Shown: positions 51,665-61,784 of the stretch, one piece after another
How positions within the stretch are numbered: the first letter of the stretch is position 1
Layout: every line of letters starts with the position of its first letter
NCBI GenBank assembly: GCA_963811105.1
Contig: CAWEPZ010000002.1
Span: 256,001-320,000 of the forward strand
From: Candidatus Bathyarchaeota archaeon
GTDB lineage: Archaea; Thermoproteota; Bathyarchaeia; Bathyarchaeales; Bathycorpusculaceae
Reading direction: 5' to 3'
DNA: 64,000 nt
Notes under the pieces: model-generated
What the model was told of the DNA's origin: nothing
The model's input: only the letters and a program-made list of their open reading frames with translations
The model's database searches: none
Made by a program: the position numbers and the translations under genes

Positions 51665-52765
51665 TTGGCAAGGTTTTTGAAGTACGGCATAACAACTGGC
51701 GCAACTGCGGCAGCAGCGTCTAAAGCCGCCCTAATAGTTCTCCTTGAGAAGCCTGTTGACCGAGTTGTTATTCCTACTCCGATTGGTTTGCGTTTTGAGG
51801 TATCTGTAAAATCCAGCAGAAAACTTTCGGCCGACACCGCAGAAGCTGTGGTTCTAAAAGATGCAGGACAAGACATTGATGCTACGGACAAAATGGAAAT
51901 AACCGCCACGGTGAGACTTACAGACGATGGCAAAGTTACAATTAAAAGCGGCATGGGTATTGGCAGAGTGACAAAGCCAGGGTTGCAAGTGCCCATAGGC
52001 GAGGGAGCAATAAACCCCGTACCTAAGAGCATGATAACAGAAGCCGTAAAAGAGGTTCTGCCTGATGGCAAGGGTCTTGAAATAACAATTACTGCGCCTG
52101 AAGGAGAAAGAATCGCCAAAAAAACCATGAACGCAAAACTGGGCATAGTCGGTGGCGTATCAATTTTAGGCACAACAGGTGTGGTAAAACCATTATCTTT
52201 GGAAGCGTGTAGGCGTTCGTTGGTTCCCCAAATTGACGTTGCCTTAGCCAGGGGATACAAGCGGGTTTTCTTTGTTCCAGGGAACATTGGGGAGCGTATT
52301 GCTATGCAGCAGTTTAACGCGCCCGAAGACGCGATTGTGCAGACAGGCGACTTTGTCGGTTACATGTTTGATAAAGCTGTCGAGAGAGGCGTCAAAGAAA
52401 TTATCCTGCTTGGGCATTCGGGAAAGCTTGTAAAGTTGGCGGCTAACATCTTCAATACGCACCATAAAGTTGGCGATGCCCGAAACGAGGTTATTGCTTC
52501 TTATGCTGGCGCAGTCGGAGCTGACACCAAAACCATCAACGCTTTGCTGGCGGCTAACACTTCTGATGAAGCCTCAGAAATACTCAAAGGGGTAAATCTA
52601 GTTGAAGCCACCTACGATCGAATAGCGTCACGGGTCCACCAGCGGGTTAGCGACCGAGTGGAAAACAAGATTAAGATAACCGTCATAATTGTGTCTATGG
52701 ATGGCAAAGTCCTTGGTATGGACGAAAATGCTAGGTGCGGTAAACCTTGGCTAAAATTAACATAG
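51665..52765 (+). CDS. cbiD: Cobalt-precorrin-5B C1-methyltransferase
   Basis: GITTGA.AAAA, KDAG, AINPVP, LGIVGGVSILGTTGVV, GKLVK. Confidence 0.95.
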   Translation: MARFLKYGITTGATAAAASKAALIVLLEKPVDRVVIPTPIGLRFEVSVKSSRKLSADTAEAVVLKDAGQDIDATDKMEITATVRLTDDGKVTIKSGMGIGRVTKPGLQVPIGEGAINPVPKSMITEAVKEVLPDGKGLEITITAPEGERIAKKTMNAKLGIVGGVSILGTTGVVKPLSLEACRRSLVPQIDVALARGYKRVFFVPGNIGERIAMQQFNAPEDAIVQTGDFVGYMFDKAVERGVKEIILLGHSGKLVKLAANIFNTHHKVGDARNEVIASYAGAVGADTKTINALLAANTSDEASEILKGVNLVEATYDRIASRVHQRVSDRVENKIKITVIIVSMDGKVLGMDENARCGKPWLKLT

Positions 52766-53409
52766 TCGGCGTAGGTCCAGGTTCACCTGATTACGTTACG
52801 CCAGCCGCCAAAAAAACAGTAGAAAAAGCCGACATAGTTATCGGGGCACAAAGAAGCCTTGACCTTTTCAAGCAAGACATCCATGGTGAAACACTTGTCT
52901 TGACAGCAAAAAACCTCAGAGACGCCATAAAAACCGCGGCTGAATCCGTAGAAGCAGGAAAAGAAGTGGTTCTTCTATCCACAGGTGACCCTGGATATTC
53001 AGGTTTACTGCATACAGTACAAAAAAGCCAGTTGATTAAGGCAGAGAATATTGAGGTGCTTCCTGGTGTAAGCTCAATCCAAGCTTGCGCCGCAAAACTG
53101 CATATCAGCTGGGACAATGCATGTCTGTTCACTTTTCATGAGGGCAACGTGAATACCCAAGACAAAAACCACTTGCTTTCATGCGTTAAAGAAGGGAAAA
53201 ATGTCATGTTACTTCCAGATGCCCTTGCGTTTCCGCCAAAAGAAATCGCAGGTTTCCTTCTAAACGCTGGAGTAGATGAGAAAACACCGGTTTTTGTCTG
53301 CGAAAACATAACGTTGCCCAACGAGAAGATTACTTCAGACACTTTGGCTCAGGTTTCAAAGCTGGCATTTGTGCCTTTATGCGTAATGGTTATCAAAGCA
53401 AACCGCTAA
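52747..53409 (+). CDS. cbiE: Cobalt-precorrin-7 C5-methyltransferase
   Basis: VGVGPG, STGDP, PGVSSIQ, HEG, CENIT..NE. Confidence 0.9.
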   Translation: MAKINIVGVGPGSPDYVTPAAKKTVEKADIVIGAQRSLDLFKQDIHGETLVLTAKNLRDAIKTAAESVEAGKEVVLLSTGDPGYSGLLHTVQKSQLIKAENIEVLPGVSSIQACAAKLHISWDNACLFTFHEGNVNTQDKNHLLSCVKEGKNVMLLPDALAFPPKEIAGFLLNAGVDEKTPVFVCENITLPNEKITSDTLAQVSKLAFVPLCVMVIKANR

Positions 53410-53421
53410 GTTAACAGTAAG

Positions 53422-54036
53422 TTGAGTAGAATGGTCAAAAATTGGGCTTACAAGACGTCAGGCATTCCAGATGACCTCTTCAATCAAAGCGATGAAGTTC
53501 CGGGACCGACAAAAGAGGAAATCAGAGTTATAACCATCGCCAAAGCACGCCTGCGCGAAGGAGATGTGGTTGTTGATGTTGGTTGTGGTACAGGAGGCTT
53601 GACGGTTGAGGCGGCGCTTCAAGTTGGACCCAAAGGCAAAGTTTACGCGATAGATGAAGATCCAACAGCGATCAAGTTAACAACCAGTAATGTCGAGAAA
53701 TTCGATGTCCAAGGCAATGTCTCCATTACCCGCGGTAAAGCGCCAGATGCATTACTGAGCCTTCCAATGGTTGATGCCTTCATGATTGGTGGAGGGGGCG
53801 TGTCCTTAAGAGCAATACTGCAAACTGCTTTTTTTAAACTTAAACCCAATGGGCGAGTAGTAACAAACGCCATACTTTTAGAAACCGCAACCGTAGCGAT
53901 AGCTGAACTCAAAGCGCTCGGCTTCAAAGACATAGATATCACACATATTTCAGTGGCAAAGGGAAAACAAATAAACAGCGGCACTATGATGATGGCAAGA
54001 AATCCAATAACAATAGTATCAGCTTCAAAACCTTAG
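53422..54036 (+). CDS. cbiT: Cobalt-precorrin-6B C15-methyltransferase (decarboxylating)
   Basis: GIPDDLF, TKEEIR, DVGCGTG, ARNPI. Confidence 0.92.
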   Translation: MSRMVKNWAYKTSGIPDDLFNQSDEVPGPTKEEIRVITIAKARLREGDVVVDVGCGTGGLTVEAALQVGPKGKVYAIDEDPTAIKLTTSNVEKFDVQGNVSITRGKAPDALLSLPMVDAFMIGGGGVSLRAILQTAFFKLKPNGRVVTNAILLETATVAIAELKALGFKDIDITHISVAKGKQINSGTMMMARNPITIVSASKP

Positions 54037-54047
54037 AGGAAAAATAA

Positions 54048-54789
54048 TTGAAGGGCAGATTTATCGGGCTCGGCGTCGGTCCAGGTGACCCAGAACTAAT
54101 CACAATTAAAGCCATAAAGGCGCTGCAAGCGGCAGATATAGTTTGTATTCCTAAATCTTATGCTCACAAACCAAGTCTTAGCGTTTACAATGATTAAAAG
54201 CATTTTAGACGAACGCAAAATACCGGCGGAGATTCTTGAACTGATTTTTCCCATGACCAAAGATGAGCTTGGCAACAAAGCGCTTTGGGATAAAAACGCA
54301 GGCATTATCGCCCAGAAAGCCGCAAGCGGCAAAGCAATTGCTTTCATCACACTTGGCGACCCCATGTTTTACAGCACATTCATTTACCTTTACCAAACGT
54401 TAAAAGAATCATACCCAAAGCTCCCGCTTGAAATCATCCCCGGCGTCACATCCATGACGGCTTGTGCTGCAAGCGCAAAAATTCCGTTAGCCGAGAAAGA
54501 AGAAGTTATCTCCATAATACCGTCAGACCTTGACCCCAAACTTGTTGAAGAAACCGCTAAGCATGCAGATAACTTGGTTTTCATCAAATGTGCTTATCGA
54601 CTCAAGGAGTTAATTCCCATTGTTGAGAAATCTGGTTTCACCGAAAATAGCACAATCGCTTTAATCAGGCGTTGCACGATGCCAGAGGAAGAAGTTTTAA
54701 TCGGCAAGCTTAGCGATGTGAAAAATTGGAAAATATGTGAAGATTACTTTTCTGTGGCTATAATTAAAAAGCGGGAATTCAGAGAGTAA
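54048..54789 (+). pseudogene. cbiL: Cobalt-factor II C20-methyltransferase, split by one extra base near 54177-54180
   Basis: TTG at 54048 gives [22 protein letters not shown]; continuation in +1 frame has FPM, TLGDPMFYSTF, PGVTS; span is 3n+1. Confidence 0.88.
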
Positions 54790-54793
54790 TGTT

Positions 54794-55558
54794 ATGAATA
54801 AAGTTGTTTTTATCGGGGCAGGTCCAGGCGACCCTGAACTGATCACTCTTAAAGGAAAACGATTTCTTGAACAGGCAGATGTGGTTATTTACGCTGGTTC
54901 ATTGTTAAACCCTGAATACCTAAAATACGCTAAGGAAAGCGCCAAACTTTATGACAGCGCCAAAATGAGCCTCCCTGAAGTCCTAAAAGTTATGGTTGAA
55001 GCTTCTAAAGAGGGTAAAATAGTGGCAAGAGTACATGATGGCGACCCAAGCTTTTACGGAGCTATCCAGGAGCAAATGGACGGTTTAGACAAAGAAAAAA
55101 TCGAGTATTTTCGTGTTCCAGGCGTAAGCTGTCTCCAAGGTGCCGCAGGAGCTTTAAATCGCGAATTAACTCTGCCTAACATTTCACAGACCGTTATTAT
55201 AACTCGCCCTGAGGGCAGAACTCCCGTGCCAGACGCTGAGAGCATACGCAAACTGGCTGCCCACCAAGCAACTATGGTCATATTTTTAGGTACTTCACAC
55301 ATCGCTCGTGTTGTGGATGAGCTTGTGAAAGGTGGTTATCCGAAAGAAACTCCTACATCAGTAGTGTATAAAGCCACGTGGCCTCAGCAAAAAATCGTCC
55401 TGGGTACATTAAACGATATTGTGGCTAAAGCTAAGGCGGAAGGCATAACTGAGACAGCCCTGATTTTTGTGGGAAAAGTAATGAATCCGCAGGCTTATGA
55501 TTTGTCAAAGCTTTATGACCCCAAATTCACGACGGGCTTCCGTAAAGGCGAAGAGTAA
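54794..55558 (+). CDS. cbiF: Cobalt-precorrin-4 C11-methyltransferase
   Basis: YAGSL, RVHDGDPSFYGAIQEQ, ELTLP.ISQTVI, SKLYD. Confidence 0.95.
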   Translation: MNKVVFIGAGPGDPELITLKGKRFLEQADVVIYAGSLLNPEYLKYAKESAKLYDSAKMSLPEVLKVMVEASKEGKIVARVHDGDPSFYGAIQEQMDGLDKEKIEYFRVPGVSCLQGAAGALNRELTLPNISQTVIITRPEGRTPVPDAESIRKLAAHQATMVIFLGTSHIARVVDELVKGGYPKETPTSVVYKATWPQQKIVLGTLNDIVAKAKAEGITETALIFVGKVMNPQAYDLSKLYDPKFTTGFRKGEE

Positions 55559-56658
55559 TGTATGCTAAGGGAATTGCTGTTGTTGCAATTACAAGGCGCA
55601 GTGTAGAAACCGCTTTAAAAATCAAGGAAGCACTGGAAAACGCAGGTTTAGCTTGTAACGTTTATGCGCCAAAAAAATACAGTCAAAACGGCGTTGTTCC
55701 GTTAGAAAAAAAATTAGCTGAATTCATCAAAGACACTTACAGTTCGATAGACGCTTTCGTAGGGGTTATGGCAACTGGCATCATTATCCGGGCTGTGGCG
55801 CCATATCTTGAAAGCAAACTGACAGATCCCGCGGTCATAGGGGTTGATGCCACGGGAAAATTTGTTATCAGCCTGTTGGCGGGGCATTATGGCGGGGCAA
55901 ATGACTTAGCTAAATTAATTGCGGAAGGCATTGGAGGCACTGCAGTGATTACAACCGCGTCTGACGTTACAGGAAAGCAGAGTGCTGATGAACTCGCAAG
56001 AACTCTGCATTTAACCATACAGAACCCAGAAAGCCTTATTGGAGTAAACTCCGCTATCGTCAACGGAGACCAAGTGGTCGTAGTTCTAATTGGTGACGTA
56101 AAAATTCCATTGGCTCAGATTAGCTGCTACGAAATTAAGAAGGCACAAAACGCCACGGAAGCCTTAGACATAATTTGCAATTTTGATGCTGGCATAATAA
56201 TTACACCGCAGACTCTGTCACCAGAGTTTTTGCGGATTGATAAGTTTGTTAAATCTTTCACTATATTGAGAACAAAACGTATAGTCGTAGGGTTAGGGGC
56301 AAGAAAAGAGTCAAGCGTAGACAGCATCATGGAAGCAGTAGACACAGCTTTGGAACAGACGCATGTATCTTTAGCCAGTGTCACATGTTTCGCCACGGTT
56401 GACATAAAGCGGGATTCCCCGCAGATGCTCAAAGCTGTGGAACAGTTAGGTAAGCCGCTTGAGTTTTTAAGCGTCAATTCACTTCGTTCTCTAAGTCATA
56501 AGGATCTTTCGCCTGATTCAAAGATGGTTCAGGAAAAAATTGGAGTCGGAGGAGTATGCGAACGAGCAGCACTAATAGCAGCGGGAAAAAATCCGAAGTT
56601 AATACTGAAAAAAACCAAACTAAACGGAGTAACTGTAGCCATAGCCGAGGGCGAATAA
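55558..56658 (+). CDS. cbiG: Cobalt-precorrin-5A hydrolase
   Basis: MATGIIIR, K.TDPAV, GHYGGAN, ITTASD, GVCERAAL. Confidence 0.93.
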   Translation: MYAKGIAVVAITRRSVETALKIKEALENAGLACNVYAPKKYSQNGVVPLEKKLAEFIKDTYSSIDAFVGVMATGIIIRAVAPYLESKLTDPAVIGVDATGKFVISLLAGHYGGANDLAKLIAEGIGGTAVITTASDVTGKQSADELARTLHLTIQNPESLIGVNSAIVNGDQVVVVLIGDVKIPLAQISCYEIKKAQNATEALDIICNFDAGIIITPQTLSPEFLRIDKFVKSFTILRTKRIVVGLGARKESSVDSIMEAVDTALEQTHVSLASVTCFATVDIKRDSPQMLKAVEQLGKPLEFLSVNSLRSLSHKDLSPDSKMVQEKIGVGGVCERAALIAAGKNPKLILKKTKLNGVTVAIAEGE

Positions 56659-57386
56659 GCGTAGTCGGGTTAGGACCTGGCAGCTTAGAGCATTTGACGC
56701 CTAAGGCAAGAAGCGAAATTGAAAACGCTGACGTTATAGTTGGTTATGGCACGTATGTTAAGCTAATTCAATCAATCATCAAGCCTAATGCAGAAGTGTT
56801 TTCTGGAACGATGGGCAAAGAAGTGGAGCGAGCAAAAATCGCGGTTTCAAAAGCCATCGAAAACTACCGCGTCGTGATGGTTAGCAGCGGGGATCCAGGT
56901 GTCTACGGCATGGCAGGCATTGTTTTAGAAGTAGTAGCAAACGAGAAAGCAAATATTCCGGTTGAAATCGTTCCAGGTGTAACAGCTGCAACAGCAGCCG
57001 CGTCAAAGCTAGGAGCGCCACTGGTAAGTGATTTTGCAGTAATTAGCCTCAGCGACTTGTTGACTCCGTGGGAAAAAATTGAGCGCCGCTTGGAAGCGGC
57101 TGCATCTGCAGATTTCTCCATTGTCTTGTATAATCCGCAAAGTCAGGGACGGATTGAACCGTTAGCTAAAGCCTACGAAATCTTGCTCAAGCATATTCTT
57201 CCAGAGACTCCTGTGGGAATTGTAAAGCAAGCGGGGCGAAAAGGCGAAGAAATCATCGTTACAACACTAAAAGAAATGTTAAACGCTGAAATCGATATGG
57301 TAACAACTGTAATTGTAGGCAATTCAGCCACAAAAGTTGTTAACGGAAGAATGGTTACTGCCAGAGGATACGACCTTACAGGTTAG
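56654..57386 (+). CDS. cbiH: Cobalt-factor III C17-methyltransferase (start uncertain; possibly fused to CbiG)
   Basis: ISVVGLGPG, SSGDPGVYGMA, GAPL..DF..ISLSDLLTPW, LYNP, TARGY; no ATG/GTG/TTG close to where homology begins. Confidence 0.88.
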
Positions 57387-57443
57387 AGTCAATCCTTTGA
57401 AATAAAACTAGCAAATTGAGGTTAGCTGACATCAAAATTTAGA

Positions 57444-58292
57444 TTAGTGCTTGCTGGTCGCTTCTAATAGCTCCAAAATGTCTCTTCTGGCTTCACCTAT
57501 CGTTAATGGAAACTGTTTATCTGTCAAAACCTGATTCCTCTTGTTTAGAATCTCAAATAGATGCGTAATTCTTGGAAGTCTCAGGTCCATGCTTCTTATC
57601 AAGTCTGTTTTTGCAAACACTTCCTGTGGTGGTCCTTGGGTGACAATTTTTCCTTTACAAATTATGCAGATTTCATTGGCAAAGAGAGGCACCAAATCCA
57701 CATCATGCGTCGCAATTATCAGGGTTAAACCGAGTTCCTTGTTAAGGTCTAGGAGCAATTGAAGCACTTTACTGGCTGTTCTTGGATCAAGATTAGCCAT
57801 GGGTTCATCAAGAATAATAACTTCTGGTTTCATTGCCAAAACGCCGGCGATGGCTGCACGTTTTTTCTGTCCTGTGCTCAGGTTTTGCGGCGCTTTGTTC
57901 TCTAAGCCTTGGAGCTCGGTAACTTCTATCGCCCACTTTACTCTCTCTTCTATCTCATTTTGGGGTAAACCTAGGTTGGTTGGACCAAAAGCAATGTCTT
58001 GGCTGACAGTTCGAGCAAATAATTGGTCGTCTGGATCTTGAAAGACTAAGCCTACTTTCTGGCGGATTTCTTCAAGGTTTTTCTTTGTTACTTCTTTGCC
58101 TAGGACCCAGACTTTGCCGCTGCTAGCCATATGCAAACCATTGAAATGATGTAAAAGCGTGGATTTTCCCGCTCCGTTTGGCCCTAAAATCGCAATATTT
58201 TCGCCTTTTTTAACGCTAAAATTAATGTTATCTATCGCTTTTGTTCCGTCCGGGTATGTGTACGACAGATTGATCGTCTCTATTGCGTTCAC
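57444..58292 (-). CDS. cbiO: ECF cobalt transporter ATPase
   Basis: GPNGAGKS, FQDPDDQ, LSTGQKK, LDEP, HD. Confidence 0.92.
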   Translation of the reverse strand: MNAIETINLSYTYPDGTKAIDNINFSVKKGENIAILGPNGAGKSTLLHHFNGLHMASSGKVWVLGKEVTKKNLEEIRQKVGLVFQDPDDQLFARTVSQDIAFGPTNLGLPQNEIEERVKWAIEVTELQGLENKAPQNLSTGQKKRAAIAGVLAMKPEVIILDEPMANLDPRTASKVLQLLLDLNKELGLTLIIATHDVDLVPLFANEICIICKGKIVTQGPPQEVFAKTDLIRSMDLRLPRITHLFEILNKRNQVLTDKQFPLTIGEARRDILELLEATSKH

Positions 58293-58306
58293 TTTGTTTG
58301 TCTCCT

Positions 58307-59089
58307 TTATTTTAGTATGAACAGGTCAATTATTACCAGGGCTAACATAGCTGAAACTACTATTACAGCTACAACTGTGTCCTTTTTCGGAATCTTTTGT
58401 ACAACGTAAGTAAAAAGGTTGGATGTTCCCGTGTAACCACGTGAAATCATAGCGTCGCCTACTTGGAGGGCTCTGTCGAATGACCTTGCCATGAGCATTC
58501 CTGCCATGGTGCCAAAATTGAAGAGTTTCTTAGTTACACTTACATTTTTTGAATATCCAAGTCTTGACTCCTGTGCTTTACGTATTCGTGCGCTCTCATC
58601 TGAAATTAGTGAGATGTATCTGAACATGAGCATCATTGTATCAACAATAACTGAGGGAATTTTAAACCATCTTAAGGAGTCAAGAATTCTTTCCATTGGT
58701 GTCAGCAAAATTAAAAGATTTAAAGTGGCGACAGCGGCAAGGCATCGGGTGAAAATTAAAAGTGCAAAATTAATGCCTGCTTGATAAATGGGCAAATTCA
58801 AAACGGGCACAACGGCAACAACAGCTGAAACATTTGTGAAGGGCTGTATGATAGCAACGAAAATTATTATGTACAGTGGGTAAATCAATCGCTTGAAATA
58901 GCTTTTCCAGTTTGAACGTGAGTAAAAGACAAGAGCAATGCAGATTCCGAGAATAATCAGCGGCAGCTCCCAATGCAATAGAAAGACTACGCCGAAAATC
59001 ACTGCGAAAGCACAGATTACTTTTATTCTTGCATCTATGCGATGCAGTGCTGAATTGCCTTCGACGGTTTCATAAAAGCTAAAAGTCAT
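58307..59089 (-). CDS. cbiQ: ECF transporter T component
   Basis: LHRIDARIK, MFRYI, AQESRLG, AMISRGY. Confidence 0.9.
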   Translation of the reverse strand: MTFSFYETVEGNSALHRIDARIKVICAFAVIFGVVFLLHWELPLIILGICIALVFYSRSNWKSYFKRLIYPLYIIIFVAIIQPFTNVSAVVAVVPVLNLPIYQAGINFALLIFTRCLAAVATLNLLILLTPMERILDSLRWFKIPSVIVDTMMLMFRYISLISDESARIRKAQESRLGYSKNVSVTKKLFNFGTMAGMLMARSFDRALQVGDAMISRGYTGTSNLFTYVVQKIPKKDTVVAVIVVSAMLALVIIDLFILK

Positions 59090-59769
59090 GGCTTATTGTG
59101 CCACCATTCTAGTATTTCCGGTTTATGAGTAACTACGTAATGGATCGCAATCGCTGAGAATACACCTTCAATTACTGCTATAGGAATTTGAATCAATGAA
59201 AACTCCGCCAAAAATAACGTAAAGTATGGCAGTAAAAAGTTCGGGCTTTGATGAAGAGTATAACTTTGATTGAGCGCTAACTGAAAAGTTGAAGTTACAT
59301 ATGTTAATACGTCGCCAACAAAACCCGCAATCCCTGCAGAAACCCAAAATGAAGCACCGACTTTTCTTGCAAGCCAGTAAGCGATATATCCACCAAAACT
59401 ACCCACTACACCCATTGACACAGCGTTAGCACCAAGGGATGTTAATCCTCCATGTCCAAGGAAAACTTGAAAAAACAATGCTGCTACCGAGACAACTACT
59501 GTTGCAAATGGGCCTATAATTATTGAGGCTAAACCTGTGCCAGTTGCATGGGCAGTTATGCCCGCTCCCGCTATTGTCGCTGGTACTGGAATGGTCCATA
59601 ATGAAACAATGAACACTGCCGCGCCCATTAATGCTAAAATGGAAATTACTGAGGGATTTGCTCGCCTTTTCTTGACGATAACGTGCCCCCCGAGTGCAAT
59701 GAACAATACGGCAATTATGTACCACATTATGATCATGGGGCCGGTGAGCATGCCGTCTGGAATGTTCAT
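59086..59769 (-). CDS. cbiM: CbiM-family S component, atypical N-terminus MNIPDG
   Basis: FLGHGGLTSLGAN, QIPIAVIEG; Asn in place of His2. Confidence 0.85.
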   Translation of the reverse strand: MNIPDGMLTGPMIIMWYIIAVLFIALGGHVIVKKRRANPSVISILALMGAAVFIVSLWTIPVPATIAGAGITAHATGTGLASIIIGPFATVVVSVAALFFQVFLGHGGLTSLGANAVSMGVVGSFGGYIAYWLARKVGASFWVSAGIAGFVGDVLTYVTSTFQLALNQSYTLHQSPNFLLPYFTLFLAEFSLIQIPIAVIEGVFSAIAIHYVVTHKPEILEWWHNKP

Positions 59770-59820
59770 GTTTTTCCCTCTTCACTTTGGGATAAATTCC
59801 TTGCTGAAGCTTTATAAACC

Positions 59821-59839
59821 TTCGTTTAAGTAAAGTTAA
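59821..59839 (-). promoter_or_regulatory. Operator copy 1 (TTAACTTTACTTAAACGAA on minus strand) upstream of the cbiMQO TATA box
   Basis: 18/19 identical to the copy at 60758-60776 and at the same position relative to the TTTAT box. Confidence 0.7.
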
Positions 59840-59851
59840 ACTCAAGTTGAA

Positions 59852-60697
59852 TTGAAAGTGAACAAGAAACCGCAACCCCCATACATTCTACTAAGAGACA
59901 AAGGCGAATTCACTAAGTTCCAAATCCTATTGGAAGTGATGCGTAACCAACCCCACGTCAAACAAAAAGACATAAGCGACAAATTAGGCATAACCATCCA
60001 AGCCATATCAAAATATTTCAAGGAACTCACAAAAGAGAGCTTGCTTGAAGTAGGTTCTGAACGTGTAGACTACCGTTTGACATCTAAAGGAGTCATTAAA
60101 CTGCGTGAAGGCGTGCGAAACCTCGCAAACTACGTTACTGAAGTTAAGCGTGACCTAAAAATTGAGCATGCATGGCCAGCCATTGCAACCGAGCTGGTGA
60201 AGGCAGGGCAAGAGGTTGGCTTAGTTCTTAAAGAAGGCGTCATGTACACGGTAGCGGTAAATGACGAAACCTTAGAAGCAAAAGGCGTCGCATTAGCCGA
60301 CGCCAAAGCTGGGGAAGATGTAGGTTTGAAAGAACTACATGGCAAACTCAAGATGAAACGGGGAAAAATCCTGATTGTTAAGTTGCCCAGCATACGCAAA
60401 GGCGGTTCACGTGGGGTGGACTTAGCAAAGGTTAAGGCGTTTTATGATGAGTTTAAGACTGACAGAGTCGGCGTTATGGGGGCTGTTGGCAGGTCGGTTT
60501 TGAATAAGCTTGATCTCAAAGCTGATATTGAATTTGGAATCAGCCGCTCAGCTGCCATTGCTGCTTCAAGAGGCTTAAATGTTTTTGTTCTCGTAGTTGG
60601 CAGAATGGTTAACCGTATGATTCAGGAAATTGACCAAATAAATCTCAGAAGCAACTCGGATGTTATTTATGAAGTGAAAGATGCCCGCCTTTCTTAA
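59852..60697 (+). CDS. Winged-helix transcriptional regulator with C-terminal putative sensor domain
   Basis: QKDISDKLGITIQAISKYFKEL HTH and YRLTSKG wing. Confidence 0.85.
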   Translation: MKVNKKPQPPYILLRDKGEFTKFQILLEVMRNQPHVKQKDISDKLGITIQAISKYFKELTKESLLEVGSERVDYRLTSKGVIKLREGVRNLANYVTEVKRDLKIEHAWPAIATELVKAGQEVGLVLKEGVMYTVAVNDETLEAKGVALADAKAGEDVGLKELHGKLKMKRGKILIVKLPSIRKGGSRGVDLAKVKAFYDEFKTDRVGVMGAVGRSVLNKLDLKADIEFGISRSAAIAASRGLNVFVLVVGRMVNRMIQEIDQINLRSNSDVIYEVKDARLS

Positions 60698-60757
60698 GTT
60701 ATTTTGATTTTTTGTTTTGTGGCTTTATTTGTTCATCTTTTGTTACTCAACCGCAGA

Positions 60758-60776
60758 TTAACTTTAGTTAAACGAA
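60758..60776 (+). promoter_or_regulatory. Operator copy 2 (TTAACTTTAGTTAAACGAA) upstream of the cbiMN TATA box
   Basis: Palindromic TTAAC-N4-GTTAA core abutting BRE/TATA. Confidence 0.7.
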
Positions 60777-60824
60777 AGTTTATTAATATTCGCTCATAGC
60801 TATCGGCTAAAAGAGAGGAATAAA

Positions 60825-61472
60825 ATGCACATCTCAGATGGAATACTCTCACCACAATGGTGCATCTTTTGGTACGCGCTAGCAGCAGCATTCGTAGTTG
60901 TAGGCATTATCCAAATATCACGGAGACGCAAAGAAAACCCAGTCTACCAATCAATGATAGCCTTAATGGGCGCCGCAGTGTTCGTTATCTCTGTCTGGCA
61001 CATACCCGTACCAGTAGCCGGGTCAAGTTCACATCCAACTGGCACTCCGATGGCGGCAATGATCTTGGGACCGTTCCCAACAGTTGTGATATCAGTCATC
61101 GCCTTGTTTTTCCAAGTGTTTTTAGGACATGGAGGATTAACTACTCTTGGTGCAAACTTGATGTCAATGGGCATCATGGGCGCTTTCATTGGTTACTTCA
61201 CTTTCCGGGTAGCCAAAAAGGCAGGTGCTTCAATTTGGTTATCTGCTGGCTTAGGGGGTTTGGTTGGAGATTTGGTCACCTATGCAATGGCTGCATTGGA
61301 AATAGCATTGTCTGTTAACCCTTCTAACGTTATACATTATTGGGGGCTGTATACACTAGAGTTCATGCCGACCCAAATTCCGTTAGCAATCTTGGAGTTC
61401 GCTTTCACGGCAGCAACCATTCAGTATATAGCTAATCACAGACCAGAAATGTTGAAGTGGTGGATGAAATAA
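60825..61472 (+). CDS. cbiM: Cobalt ECF S component CbiM (canonical)
   Basis: MHISDG, GSSSHPTG, HGGLTTLGAN, TQIPLA. Confidence 0.92.
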   Translation: MHISDGILSPQWCIFWYALAAAFVVVGIIQISRRRKENPVYQSMIALMGAAVFVISVWHIPVPVAGSSSHPTGTPMAAMILGPFPTVVISVIALFFQVFLGHGGLTTLGANLMSMGIMGAFIGYFTFRVAKKAGASIWLSAGLGGLVGDLVTYAMAALEIALSVNPSNVIHYWGLYTLEFMPTQIPLAILEFAFTAATIQYIANHRPEMLKWWMK

Positions 61473-61784
61473 ATGGACAGATTCAATAGATATGCTCTCA
61501 TAACAATGGCACTGATTGTTCTCATCATGGTAGTTAGCACCTATGCAGGTTCAGTAGTTCTCAAAGGAGGCCTGGAAGGTACCGATGCAAAAGTAAACAA
61601 CTCAGCTGCCTCTCATACAACATCCTGGTTTGGTTTTTCATTCACAGCCGACGCACTTGGTCAAATGGGCGAATACATCGGGTTCAGCCTGGCAGGAGTA
61701 GTTGGAGGATTGATTGTAGGATATAGTTTCCCGTCAATATTTGGCAAAAAAAACAGTACAACTTCAAAGGAGGAAAAAAACTAA
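61473..61784 (+). CDS. CbiN-like accessory membrane protein
   Basis: Two TM helices, GTD loop, GLIVGY; directly follows cbiM. Confidence 0.7.
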   Translation: MDRFNRYALITMALIVLIMVVSTYAGSVVLKGGLEGTDAKVNNSAASHTTSWFGFSFTADALGQMGEYIGFSLAGVVGGLIVGYSFPSIFGKKNSTTSKEEKN

